IMG/VR virus record: IMGVR_UViG_3300031111_000011
Coordinates: 1 to 64,000 of that record
DNA from: a virus
Direction: 5' to 3' (one strand)
DNA length: 64,000 bases
Shown: in pieces, positions 16,153 to 25,331 of the stretch
Position numbering within the stretch: position 1 is the first letter of the stretch
How the letters are laid out: each line of letters starts with the position of its first letter
Translations under genes and position numbers: made by a program
Notes under the pieces: generated by a model
Databases searched by the model: none
What the model saw: the letters and a program-made list of their open reading frames with translations, nothing else
What the model was told of the DNA's origin: nothing

Positions 16153-18165
16153 GTGCAACGCAATATTGGCCTTGACGTAGAGACGAGTAAGTTGCCTGTA
16201 TTTCGGCCCTGGCAGAAGGGTGCGTTCCTGGTTAGTGTGGGGATCGTAGACGAGTGGGGATTTAAGAAGACGTGGTACTTCAACCACCGGGATCTCCACA
16301 ACATTGATCAGGCCCAGGCCATCGCTGAAATTCAAGCTGAGATTAACTTATCCCACCGTATCGTGGGGCATAACCTTAAATTTGATCTCCAGTGGCTTGC
16401 TTCCATTGGGGTCAGATTTGACCACTGCAAGTTGTTTTGTACTCAGGTAGCTGAGTATCTGCTGAATGGACAGCAGAAGATCCCGTACACTCTCGCTGCT
16501 ACATCAGAGCGATACGAGATCGCCCCAAAGATCGACCGGGTCAAGATGTTCTGGGATAGCGGGTATGAAACCGACGAAATCCCAATCGAGATCCTCGATC
16601 CCTACTTGCTCCAGGACTGTATCAACACACTCGCCATTTTCCAGCGACAGGTCGTTAACATCAACCAGTTGGGGATGTCCAAGATTGTGTCACTCCAAAT
16701 GGAGTTGATGCGCGTCCTGGCCGAGATGGAAATGAACGGGGCTAAGTTTCACCCCCAACGTGCTCAACGATACGTCAAGGAATTGGACGATCAGCTTGAG
16801 GCTATCGAGAACGAGCTATTCACTCACTTCGGTGCAAGATTCAACCTGGGGTCTGGGGATGAGCTCAGTGCGTGGTTATTTGGTGGAGTGCTCAAACAGG
16901 ACGATGTCCAACCCTACGTCACCACCCGCAACGTCAAAATCAAGGAACCTTATGTGTTCCACTATGCAGATCCGAAGAAGCAGCCTGTGATCAAGTACAA
17001 GACCAGGACGTTGAAGGAACTGATTGTGAAAACCCGTAAGGTGAAGGTGGACGTTCCGATAGCTGGTGTGGGGTTTGAGCCTCCAAAAGGATCTGAACTC
17101 AAAAAGGAGGGATTTTACCGCACTGACAAGGACACCCTGTTCCGTCTCAAGTGCAAAAACAAAAAGCTGAAGGCTATCAAGAGACTCCTCGAAGAGAGGA
17201 GTGTCGTCGCAAAGGCAAAGGAGACTTTCATCGGGTCCGGTGAAGGTACAGGGCTCATCAACAAAGTCCAACACGACGGGCTGATCCATCCGAGCTTCAA
17301 TCAAACGATTGCCGCCACGGGGAGGCTGAGTTCGTCAAACCCGAATGGGCAGAATCTGCCTCGCAAAGGCACCTCGCCCATCAAAAAAACCATCATCCCA
17401 AGGTTCGATAAGATCCTGAATGCTGACCTTGCCCAGTTGGAGTGGCGAGTGGCTGCATTCATGTCCCAAGATCCAGTGGCGATGCAGGAGATCATCGACG
17501 GTGTGGACTATCACACTGACAACGCGATCAGATTCTTTGGCGCTGATCCCAATGGTGACCCTGCGGAGTTCAAGAAGCTCCGTACCACGGCTAAGATCTT
17601 CGGATTTCGTTTACTCTACGGTGGGTCTGCTTACGGGATGTACATGGACGCAAAGATGCCTAACTACAGCAAGAAGAAGTGGCAACGCATCGTTGATGAG
17701 TACTACGAGAAGTATGCTGTCTTGAAGGAGTGGCAGGAGAAGAATATTGCGATTACCAACCGAAACAAAGGGAAGCTCGTTAACCCCTCCGGTCGGTTCT
17801 TCCAATTTCCCATTCTTCCACCGAACCGTAGGAGTGAGGTTTATTCGGTAACGGCTATCAAGAATTACCCGGTTCAGTCGTTCGCCACTGCTGACATTAC
17901 TCCGCTTGCCATGGTTGTGATCCACAAGAGGATGAAAGCGAAGGGACTTCGGTCCCTGATGACCCTCCAGGTTCACGATTCGATTGTCATCGATGCTGTG
18001 GAATCTGAGATTCCCACTATCGCTGAGATCTGTGTCAATACCTTCAGAGAGTTGCCTCAGTTGATCGAGCAGTTCTGGGGGTTCGAGTTCAACGTGCCGC
18101 TCGATGGTGACGTTGAAGTCGGAGACGACTACGGGTCGCTGGAGGAGTACAAGATGGCTGCTTAA
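16153..18165 (+). CDS. DNA polymerase I family (family A) with 3'-5' exonuclease domain (670 aa)
   Basis: Exo motifs LDVET and GHNLKFD; pol motifs KLRTTAKIFGFRLLYGGSAYG and QVHDSIVID; GTG start. Confidence 0.9.
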   Translation: MQRNIGLDVETSKLPVFRPWQKGAFLVSVGIVDEWGFKKTWYFNHRDLHNIDQAQAIAEIQAEINLSHRIVGHNLKFDLQWLASIGVRFDHCKLFCTQVAEYLLNGQQKIPYTLAATSERYEIAPKIDRVKMFWDSGYETDEIPIEILDPYLLQDCINTLAIFQRQVVNINQLGMSKIVSLQMELMRVLAEMEMNGAKFHPQRAQRYVKELDDQLEAIENELFTHFGARFNLGSGDELSAWLFGGVLKQDDVQPYVTTRNVKIKEPYVFHYADPKKQPVIKYKTRTLKELIVKTRKVKVDVPIAGVGFEPPKGSELKKEGFYRTDKDTLFRLKCKNKKLKAIKRLLEERSVVAKAKETFIGSGEGTGLINKVQHDGLIHPSFNQTIAATGRLSSSNPNGQNLPRKGTSPIKKTIIPRFDKILNADLAQLEWRVAAFMSQDPVAMQEIIDGVDYHTDNAIRFFGADPNGDPAEFKKLRTTAKIFGFRLLYGGSAYGMYMDAKMPNYSKKKWQRIVDEYYEKYAVLKEWQEKNIAITNRNKGKLVNPSGRFFQFPILPPNRRSEVYSVTAIKNYPVQSFATADITPLAMVVIHKRMKAKGLRSLMTLQVHDSIVIDAVESEIPTIAEICVNTFRELPQLIEQFWGFEFNVPLDGDVEVGDDYGSLEEYKMAA

Positions 18166-18181
18166 TTTTTTTCACTTGTCA

Positions 18182-18197
18182 TTCTCAAATCTGAGAA
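18182..18197. promoter_or_regulatory. perfect palindromic element TTCTCA-aatc-TGAGAA (family copy 5)
   Basis: 13 nt upstream of SD aaaggagg of 18210. Confidence 0.55.
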
Positions 18198-18209
18198 GAA
18201 AGGAGGTGT

Positions 18210-18833
18210 ATGTACGCACACGTCGCAACCGCACAAGGCTTTGAGGAAGCCCTGTTTGGGATGGGTCTGAGCCATGGGGTGACGGATCTGAGCATGGTTT
18301 CTCACGGGGATCTCTCTCATGTCGCAGACAAGCTTCTCAAACGGGCAGATCTGCTGGCCCAGAAGGACGGGGGCCACAACAAGTTCCTCGAATCCATCCA
18401 GGTCTGGATTGTTATCCAGGCACCACGGTACTGGTGGCAGGAGTTTGACACCTACCGGATCGGGACCACCAAGCAGTCCGAATCTACCATGCACACCATC
18501 ATGGAGCGGGATCTGGTTCGGGGGGACTTCGAGGATGAGGAAATCTCAGTCTGCCAGTTGGAATACATCAACGACCTGAGAGCCGTTTATCTACGAGAGA
18601 AGACCCGTGGTGATCGGGAAGCCATGGACTCCATTTTCCTCCGCATGAAACGGAATCTCCCTGAAGGATTCCTCCAGACTCGCATGGTCAACGCCAACTA
18701 CAAGGTGCTTCGGAACATCGTGGCACAGCGAATCAATCACCGATTACCTGAATGGCAGGTATTCATCAACGCACTCCGAGAACTTCCGAAAGCGGAGTGG
18801 ATCAACCCCAAACTACTGGAAGGAGATGTGTAA
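18210..18833 (+). CDS. hypothetical protein (207 aa); weak ThyX-like resemblance
   Basis: APRYWWQEFDTYR...QSES faintly resembles the ThyX SRA..HQLVRHR...S region; not conclusive. Confidence 0.5.
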   Translation: MYAHVATAQGFEEALFGMGLSHGVTDLSMVSHGDLSHVADKLLKRADLLAQKDGGHNKFLESIQVWIVIQAPRYWWQEFDTYRIGTTKQSESTMHTIMERDLVRGDFEDEEISVCQLEYINDLRAVYLREKTRGDREAMDSIFLRMKRNLPEGFLQTRMVNANYKVLRNIVAQRINHRLPEWQVFINALRELPKAEWINPKLLEGDV

Positions 18834-18836
18834 CAA

Positions 18837-19454
18837 GTGAAGCAAGTGCAAGTGCGTATCACGAACGTGGAATTCGGAAAGAATCCCAGAGCGGGTAACC
18901 GTGATGGGGTGTTCGTCCATGCCTGGAATACCCGGCAGGACAAGCAGATCGCTCCAAAGTTCGTGTTCGCCAAACTTCCGAAGGGTGGAGACAATCCTCT
19001 CTACCAGCGGATCAAGAGTGAGTTGAGTGAAGGTGTGGAATGCACCTTTATCCTCGATGACCAGAACTACTGGAACCTGACGGACTTCCAGAATGTCAGT
19101 GGAGGTTCTGGTGGGCAGTCCAGCCCCCCTACTCCTGGTGGAGGAAACAAGACCTCCGGTGGTGGCGGGAAAGGACTGAGTGGGCAGTTCCGTAAGCCTG
19201 AAGAGATCTCTCGTACTGAGTGCCTCGTCATTGCGGAACGGATGGTTGCTAACGCCATGGGGAATGCCGAGCAGTTCGGTAAGGTCTTCAAAAAGACCTT
19301 GACCTTCGATCTGATTCGTTCCGAGGTTCTCTCCACTGCTGGTGAGCTCGTCAAGTTTGTGGAAGGCAAGCTCGACGTCGGTGCCCCCGAAGCATCCACA
19401 GGTGACCTGAATAGCCCTGGAGCCAACGCTCCTGACGACGACATCCCGTACTGA
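18837..19454 (+). CDS. ssb: single-stranded DNA-binding protein (205 aa)
   Basis: OB-fold-like N-terminus, Gly/Ser-rich linker, acidic C-terminal tail DDDIPY (bacterial SSB tails end DDDIPF). Confidence 0.75.
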   Translation: MKQVQVRITNVEFGKNPRAGNRDGVFVHAWNTRQDKQIAPKFVFAKLPKGGDNPLYQRIKSELSEGVECTFILDDQNYWNLTDFQNVSGGSGGQSSPPTPGGGNKTSGGGGKGLSGQFRKPEEISRTECLVIAERMVANAMGNAEQFGKVFKKTLTFDLIRSEVLSTAGELVKFVEGKLDVGAPEASTGDLNSPGANAPDDDIPY

Positions 19455-19642
19455 TGTCATTCACGCAGCTTGCTGCCTGGGTGGGTCTGCTCATTGGAAC
19501 CATCCTTATGTTCGGAGGGGTCATTGCACCCCTCCTGAACGCAACCGTTGATGTTCTTGTGATTGCCGGGATCACTGTCCTGGCTCTCACAGTCTGGGGA
19601 TTCTGCAAACTCGTCGTTCAGATCCTCGACAAACTCTACTAA
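19454..19642 (+). CDS. small membrane protein (62 aa, 2 predicted TM helices)
   Basis: TGATG overlap with ssb; hydrophobic throughout; directly precedes the SPFH gene. Confidence 0.5.
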   Translation: MSFTQLAAWVGLLIGTILMFGGVIAPLLNATVDVLVIAGITVLALTVWGFCKLVVQILDKLY

Positions 19643-19669
19643 TCCAACCAAAAAGGAGGACAACACACT

Positions 19670-20539
19670 ATGAAACGACTTTTTTTGATCGCTCTGACTA
19701 TCCTGATGGCCTTTTCCCTCTCCGCTTGCGGAGTTTCCCACGTCGATCCCAACGAGGAACTCGCCCTGGTGAGCAAACTGGGTGACGGCAAGGGCTCCAT
19801 CCAGGTCTACGGTACCGGGTGGCAGTTTTACAACCCGCTGAAGTGGACCGGCAAGACCTTCTCCCTGGCCCGAACCACCATCAAGTGGGTGACTGAAGAC
19901 CCCAACACCGGTGCTTTCACCTTCAACAGCAGCAAGGGGCTCAAGTTCCAAGTGGATGTCGGGGCTACTGTCCAGATGCGAAAGGGTGCGTCTGCCGAGG
20001 CGTACCGACTCTACAAGAAGGACATCAACGCTGTCCTGAACTCCGACTTCGGGAACAACCTGCGGGAGGCGTTCAACGACGCTGGTTCCCAACGCGCCAC
20101 AGAGGAAATCTACGGCGACAAGAAAGCCTTCGTGGATGCTGTCGAGGAAATCATGCAGAAGCGATTCTCCGTCCTCTTCCAGGACGTGGACATTTTCCTG
20201 CTCAATGACATGATTCTCCCGCCTTCGGTCAAGGCCGGTATCGAGCGTAAGGAAGCCGCCCGTCAGAAAGCCGAGCAGCGAGAGAACGAGATCGCTGAGG
20301 CCACCGCTGACCGGCTGAAGAAACAACAGGCCACCGATGCTGTTGCCTACGAGATCGAGCGCACTGCCCAGGCCAAGGCCAAGGAGATCACCTCCATTGC
20401 CGAAGCTGAGGCGAAAGCCATCATGCTGAAACGGGCTCAGATCACCCCTGAATACGTCGAGTACGTCAAGGTCAACGGATGGGACGGCAAGCTTCCCCAG
20501 GTCACGGGAGGCGCTGGCACCCTGATCGACTTGCGGTAA
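19670..20539 (+). CDS. SPFH/band-7 (HflK/HflC/prohibitin-like) lipoprotein (289 aa)
   Basis: Lipobox LSAC after a signal peptide; coiled-coil region QRENEIAEA...AKAKEITSIAEAEAKAI typical of SPFH proteins. Confidence 0.7.
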   Translation: MKRLFLIALTILMAFSLSACGVSHVDPNEELALVSKLGDGKGSIQVYGTGWQFYNPLKWTGKTFSLARTTIKWVTEDPNTGAFTFNSSKGLKFQVDVGATVQMRKGASAEAYRLYKKDINAVLNSDFGNNLREAFNDAGSQRATEEIYGDKKAFVDAVEEIMQKRFSVLFQDVDIFLLNDMILPPSVKAGIERKEAARQKAEQRENEIAEATADRLKKQQATDAVAYEIERTAQAKAKEITSIAEAEAKAIMLKRAQITPEYVEYVKVNGWDGKLPQVTGGAGTLIDLR

Positions 20540-20548
20540 CCCTCAACC

Positions 20549-20578
20549 GGGGAGGGGGAATCTGCCCCCCTCCCCTTC
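20549..20578 (+). terminator. terminator-like hairpin GGGGAGGGGG-aatct-gCCCCCCTCCCC
   Basis: 10-bp perfect GC stem after the SPFH gene; weak T-tract (ttctg). Confidence 0.5.
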
Positions 20579-20671
20579 TGAAAGGAAATAAAGATCCAAG
20601 ACTGTTTACCCCTCCGACTGGCATTCGAGGCATATAACACACCGTGGACTAAACCACGGAACACATACTAC

Positions 20672-21481
20672 GTGACGGAGCTTATCACTCCACCTCGAAT
20701 TGTTCAGCTTCGGACCCGACACAAGGACCGTATCCCGCTCACTTCCATCGATGATTCGGCCAAGGCACTTGAAGGTAACGGGTTCCATAGCATGATGGAA
20801 AGGTGGCTCTACCGTTCTCCCCGAAAGAGTGAGTTCCTGAACGAATTTCGTGTCTTCGACAAGATCCACGGAAGGAAGGTGGTCGGAAAACTCGATGTTT
20901 TCCATAAACCCTCCGGGACACTCTACGATTACAAATCTACGAGCATCTACAAGGCGATGTTCGGAGATGTCGAGGACTTCGAGAACCAGCTAAACATCTA
21001 CGCATGGTTCATGTCCCAGGAAGGGTACGATGTAAACGCCATCAAGGTCATCTTCTGGCACTTCATGTGGGACAAATTCCAGATGATGCGCGACCCAAAG
21101 TACCCTCGTCACAAGTATCATGAAATCGATATTCCCCTCTGGACTTTAGAAGAGAGAGAGGAGTTTCTTTTCAGCAAGGTGCGGCAGCACGTAGCGGCAG
21201 AGAGTCTTGCTGATGATGACCTCCCCTACTGCACTCCTTCGGAGATGTGGGAGAAGGACACCAAGTACGCCATCATGGAACCAGGAGCAAAACGTGCGGC
21301 GAGAGTTCTTGATACACCGGAAGACCTTGAGAAGTATGCGGAATGGAAGGAAACGTCGGGCAAACCACTCAAGAAAGGGTGGAAGATCGAAGAGCGGCCA
21401 GGGACTCGGATGCGATGTGAGCAGTTCTGCTCATGCAATGTCTTCTGCAACCAATACGCGGAGTGGCAGGGTGCGTGTTAG
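20672..21481 (+). CDS. PD-(D/E)XK nuclease with C-terminal Cas4-like Fe-S cysteine cluster (RecB/Cas4 family exonuclease, 269 aa)
   Basis: DVFHKPSGTLYDYKSTS (D...D-x-K) core; C-terminal CEQFCSCNVFC + upstream Cys; GTG start. Confidence 0.65.
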   Translation: MTELITPPRIVQLRTRHKDRIPLTSIDDSAKALEGNGFHSMMERWLYRSPRKSEFLNEFRVFDKIHGRKVVGKLDVFHKPSGTLYDYKSTSIYKAMFGDVEDFENQLNIYAWFMSQEGYDVNAIKVIFWHFMWDKFQMMRDPKYPRHKYHEIDIPLWTLEEREEFLFSKVRQHVAAESLADDDLPYCTPSEMWEKDTKYAIMEPGAKRAARVLDTPEDLEKYAEWKETSGKPLKKGWKIEERPGTRMRCEQFCSCNVFCNQYAEWQGAC

Positions 21482-21962
21482 AATTCCCTCTTCTTTTCGT
21501 TCACTGGCAAAGGCGATTGAGTTTTGGGAAAACGTCCCAAAGGGGCAAAGAACAAAGGCCAATGCTCGGAGGGTAGCCAATGTTGTAGGCTATCGTTCCA
21601 TGGCTGAAGTCAAGTTTGCTGCTGATCTGAAAGCAAAGAAGATCAAGTTTGACTATGAGCCGGAGAAGTTCCAGTACATCCCACCAGCGAAAAACTACAC
21701 ACCTGATTTCCGAATCAAGAAACGAAAGCGCTCTGGTGGGTATATGTACATCGAGTTCAAAGGGAATTTCAAAGGCTCTGATCGGACCAAAATGCTCTTA
21801 GTGAAGCGGGATCACCCAGAGATGGATCTTCGGCTTGTCTTTATGAAGGCTGACAACAGACTCAATCGGAACTCGAAGACCACTTATGCGAAGTGGTGTG
21901 ACAAAAACGGATTCAAATGGGCTGATGGTGGAGTGCTGCCGGATGCCTGGGCAAAGGAATAG
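21438..21962 (+). CDS. T7-type endonuclease I (Holliday-junction resolvase)
   Basis: FDYEPEKFQYIPPAKNYTPDF...IEFKG...KRDHPEMDLRLVF aligns with T7 gp3 (FEYEEWKVPYV...YTPDF...VETKG...REQHPELDIRIVF); only in-frame ATGs are 21438 (44-nt overlap with upstream gene) and 21600. Confidence 0.7.
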   Translation: MSSATNTRSGRVRVRIPSSFRSLAKAIEFWENVPKGQRTKANARRVANVVGYRSMAEVKFAADLKAKKIKFDYEPEKFQYIPPAKNYTPDFRIKKRKRSGGYMYIEFKGNFKGSDRTKMLLVKRDHPEMDLRLVFMKADNRLNRNSKTTYAKWCDKNGFKWADGGVLPDAWAKE

Positions 21963-21969
21963 GAGGTAC

Positions 21970-22404
21970 ATGCAACCTACCATTTACTTCAAGCAGTTGG
22001 ACAAGAGAGCCATCGTCCCTGTGTATCAGTCCCCTGGTGCCAGTGGGTTTGATTTCCATGCGCTCGACGGGGGCCAGATCCTTCCTGGTGAGATTGTCCT
22101 GTTTGAAACAGGACTCGCTTGTGAGATCCCGATTGGCCTGGAACTCCAAGTCAGACCCCGGTCTGGTCTTGCAGTGAAACACGGCATCACAGTGGTCAAC
22201 GCACCTGGGACGGTGGATTCAGATTACCGGGGTCCGATCATGGTCGGGCTGATCAACCTGGGTCGGACACACCACATGGTCAGGGCTGGAGATAGGATTG
22301 CACAGGGTGTTATCCAGGAAGTGAAAATCCCTCATATCCTTGTCGTAGAACATCTATCGGAGACGGAACGTGGATCGGGCGGTTTTGGATCAACAGGTCG
22401 ATAG
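21970..22404 (+). CDS. dut: dUTP diphosphatase (144 aa)
   Basis: dUTPase motifs PGTVDSDYRGPIMV, RPRSGLAVKHG, C-terminal RGSGGFGSTG; SD aataggaggtacATG. Confidence 0.9.
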   Translation: MQPTIYFKQLDKRAIVPVYQSPGASGFDFHALDGGQILPGEIVLFETGLACEIPIGLELQVRPRSGLAVKHGITVVNAPGTVDSDYRGPIMVGLINLGRTHHMVRAGDRIAQGVIQEVKIPHILVVEHLSETERGSGGFGSTGR

Positions 22405-22432
22405 AATTATCGAAGCTTCTGAGATCCTTCGT

Positions 22433-22528
22433 ATGAAGGGTACCAGCAACCCGACCCTGGATGATCTGACAGATCTTGCCGAAGAGCTTCAAGACGTCGC
22501 TGAAATTATCACGGAGGAATACCTATGA
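22433..22528 (+). CDS. hypothetical acidic mini-protein (31 aa)
   Basis: Fills the dut-next gene gap; stop overlaps next start; no clear SD. Confidence 0.2.
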   Translation: MKGTSNPTLDDLTDLAEELQDVAEIITEEYL

Positions 22529-22701
22529 ACGGAAAGAAAGCCAAAGCCATTCGGAAAGCGGTCTATCGAGATGTACCTGGAGGCTCCACTGGGGAGCAGC
22601 GCCGGTATGTCCAACACACCAAAACCAAGGTTGTCTACGTGACCGGCCATCGACGTGCCTACGTGGATGCCAAGAAACTCATCAAAGAAAGGGGGATCTA
22701 A
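22525..22701 (+). CDS. hypothetical basic protein (58 aa)
   Basis: SD cacggaggaatacctATG. Confidence 0.45.
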   Translation: MNGKKAKAIRKAVYRDVPGGSTGEQRRYVQHTKTKVVYVTGHRRAYVDAKKLIKERGI

Positions 22702-22916
22702 TGAAACACGCAATCAAACGCCGGGTCTTTTTCTGGAGAAACTTCAACTTCGTGATGCGGGGTTTTCGTCGGCTGAGTACCCGGCTGGAGCGGATTCAGA
22801 AGGAGCGAAAAGCGGAACTCATCGCCATGGCAATCAAGATGAATGCCCTGGAGCGGGAACATGAGGACACGTCGGTGACCCTCAAGAACCTCAAGGAGAT
22901 GTTTCCGGCCCTGTAA
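22701..22916 (+). CDS. hypothetical basic protein (71 aa)
   Basis: TAATG overlap; trimmed from listed ORF 22476-22916. Confidence 0.45.
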   Translation: MKHAIKRRVFFWRNFNFVMRGFRRLSTRLERIQKERKAELIAMAIKMNALEREHEDTSVTLKNLKEMFPAL

Positions 22917-24823
22917 TGTTCCCAACGCTGTACCAGGAGTTCATCTACAAGCGAACCTATTCTCGGTGGCTGGATGAACTCCTTCGGAGAGAGGAGTGGG
23001 AGGACACGGTAGCTCGGTACCAAGAGTTCTTCCTGGACGGTAAACTCAAGGATATTCCCGATGCAGCTAAGGTGGAATTCCTTGAGGCTACCGGTGCAAT
23101 CTACAACCTCGAAGTTATGGGGTCCATGCGGACCCTGTGGACTGCTGGTCCTGCCTTGGCCCGTGAAAACATCTGCGGGTACAACTGTGCTTACAAGGCA
23201 GTCAATACTGTGCGAAGCTTCGCTGAGATCCTGTACATCCTGCTCTGTGGTACTGGGGTTGGGTACAGTGTGGAGCGGCAGGAGATCAACCAACTCCCTG
23301 AAGTCCCGCCTTACTTCTCCACTCCAGAACGCACCGTTGTGTTCTCTGATTCGAAGAAGGGATGGGCTGAGGGATTTCTCAAGTGGATGAACGCCCTCTA
23401 TAAGGGTGAGTTGCTTGAGTACGACCTCTCCCGAATCCGTCCTGCTGGATCACGGCTGAAGACCTTCGGGGGCAGAGCCAGTGGACCTGAGCCCCTCCAG
23501 GAACTTCTGGAATTCGCCAAACGCATTTTTCTCAGTGCCAAGGGACGGAAGCTAACGAGCCTGGAATGTTACGACATCTGCTGCAAGATCGCTGAGGTGG
23601 TTGTCGTAGGAGGTGTGAGACGGTCTGCCTGTATTTGCCTCACCAACCTGTCCGATGACCGGATGGCTAAGGCCAAGACGGGTGAGTTCTGGCTTCTCAA
23701 CCCCCAGAGATCCCTGTCCAACAATTCGGTGGCGTACACCGAGAAGCCTCAAGTGCGGAAGTTCATGAGTGAGTGGCTCAAGCTCATGGAGTCCCAGACC
23801 GGAGAGCGGGGGATCTTCAATCGAAGAGCAGCAGAGGTTGCTGTGCAGCGCACCCTACGCCGAAAGGGAGGGTTCGCTTGGGGCTGCAATCCTTGCGGGG
23901 AAGTGATTCTCCGTCCGTCTGGTCAGTTCTGCAACCTGAGCGAGGCGATCATTCGGGCTGAGGACACTCTTGAAACAATTCTCAAGAAGGTCCGATACGC
24001 AACCATCCTGGGTTGTGTCCAGGCCACACTCACTGCGTTCAAATTTCTGGGGAGTTCATGGACAGTGAACACCGAGGAGGAGCGACTCCTTGGGGTGTCT
24101 CTCACAGGTCTTATGGACCATCCAATTCTTAGTGAGGTGTCGGACAAGGCCAAGGCATGGCTTGTCAAGATGAAAGGAGAGGCCATTGAAACAGCGGAAA
24201 GGTGGTCGGAGATTCTTGGAATTCCGATGCCGAAAGCGATTACGACCGTCAAGCCGTCTGGAACAGTCAGTCAACTGGTTGACTCTGCATCCGGACTTCA
24301 CCCTCGCTTTGCTCCTTTCTATGTACGCCGGGTTCGTGTCTCTGCGACAGATCCTGTAGCGAAGATGCTTGTTGACCAGGGAGTTCCCTGTAGCCCTGAA
24401 GTCGGACAGGACACGGTAAGTCCATCCACTTGGGTCTTTGAGTTCCCGGTTAAGTCTCCGGACAACGCGAAGGTAGCCAGCGCAATCACTGCTCTGGAGC
24501 AGTTGGAGTACTGGCTGATGCTCAAACAGCATTGGTGTGAACACAACCCCTCTTGCACGGTCTATGTGGGAGAGGATGAGTGGTTGGAAGTGGGTGCATG
24601 GGTGTGGAAACACTGGGATGAGATTTGCGGTCTTACCTTCATGCCTCGCAGTGACGCAGTTTACAAACTTGCTCCTTATGAGGAGGTAGATGCGAGGACT
24701 TACTACGATCTTGTTGACGCTCTTCCTGACATCAATTTTGGTGAATTGTCTCGATACGAAACCGAAGACCTCACTGAAGGGAGCAGAGAATTCGCCTGTC
24801 AGGGAGGAGCTTGCGAACTATGA
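22916..24823 (+). CDS. nrdJ: ribonucleotide reductase, class II (adenosylcobalamin-dependent NrdJ-like, 635 aa)
   Basis: N-terminal FIYKRTYSRW; active-site GCNPCGEVIL (NPCGE); size typical of NrdJ. Confidence 0.8.
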   Translation: MFPTLYQEFIYKRTYSRWLDELLRREEWEDTVARYQEFFLDGKLKDIPDAAKVEFLEATGAIYNLEVMGSMRTLWTAGPALARENICGYNCAYKAVNTVRSFAEILYILLCGTGVGYSVERQEINQLPEVPPYFSTPERTVVFSDSKKGWAEGFLKWMNALYKGELLEYDLSRIRPAGSRLKTFGGRASGPEPLQELLEFAKRIFLSAKGRKLTSLECYDICCKIAEVVVVGGVRRSACICLTNLSDDRMAKAKTGEFWLLNPQRSLSNNSVAYTEKPQVRKFMSEWLKLMESQTGERGIFNRRAAEVAVQRTLRRKGGFAWGCNPCGEVILRPSGQFCNLSEAIIRAEDTLETILKKVRYATILGCVQATLTAFKFLGSSWTVNTEEERLLGVSLTGLMDHPILSEVSDKAKAWLVKMKGEAIETAERWSEILGIPMPKAITTVKPSGTVSQLVDSASGLHPRFAPFYVRRVRVSATDPVAKMLVDQGVPCSPEVGQDTVSPSTWVFEFPVKSPDNAKVASAITALEQLEYWLMLKQHWCEHNPSCTVYVGEDEWLEVGAWVWKHWDEICGLTFMPRSDAVYKLAPYEEVDARTYYDLVDALPDINFGELSRYETEDLTEGSREFACQGGACEL

Positions 24824-24966
24824 AAATGATTCTGGAGTACGTCGCAGGGATTTTTATCTCACTTGGGGCCATCATCGGAGCGGGTGCGGTGATGGTTATT
24901 GCAACTTTGGCCGCAACGTGGCCCTTTTGGGTTGCTCTTGCCTGTATCGTTTACATCTTCTTTTAG
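24820..24966 (+). CDS. small membrane protein (48 aa, 2 TM)
   Basis: ATGA overlap with RNR stop; wholly hydrophobic. Confidence 0.4.
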   Translation: MKMILEYVAGIFISLGAIIGAGAVMVIATLAATWPFWVALACIVYIFF

Positions 24967-24975
24967 GAGGCCAAC

Positions 24976-25080
24976 ATGACAATCGAACGCTTTATGGAGT
25001 GGGTCATGGTGGGGATCATCGTTGTTGCGGGGATCTTCATCACTCTCGGTATCGACTCACTCTCCAACATCCTGAGTTAG
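24976..25080 (+). CDS. small membrane protein (34 aa, 1 TM)
   Basis: SD ttttaggaggccaacATG. Confidence 0.4.
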   Translation: MTIERFMEWVMVGIIVVAGIFITLGIDSLSNILS

Positions 25081-25089
25081 GAGGTGGCC

Positions 25090-25329
25090 TTGAATCAGAA
25101 GGGATTCACTTTGATCGAACTGATGATTGTGGTTGCGATCATTGGGATCTTGGGCGCTGTGGCCGTCCCCAATCTCGTTTCTTACAAGCAGAAAGCGGAG
25201 TCGGCAGCACTGGAAATCAAGATCAACCGAGAGAACATGAAAAAGGCGGGGGAGGATCTGAGGGACACCTTCAAGTCCCTCCTCCCCCGGAAGACTTACT
25301 CGAACGAAGTTATTGTGACAAGGGAGTAA
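25090..25329 (+). CDS. type IV pilin-like (prepilin-type N-terminal methylation motif) mini-protein (79 aa, TTG start)
   Basis: MNQKG|[22 protein letters not shown] matches the prepilin leader + N-methyl-Phe + hydrophobic helix signature; SD aggagg 5 nt upstream of TTG. Confidence 0.55.
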   Translation: MNQKGFTLIELMIVVAIIGILGAVAVPNLVSYKQKAESAALEIKINRENMKKAGEDLRDTFKSLLPRKTYSNEVIVTRE

Positions 25330-25331
25330 CA

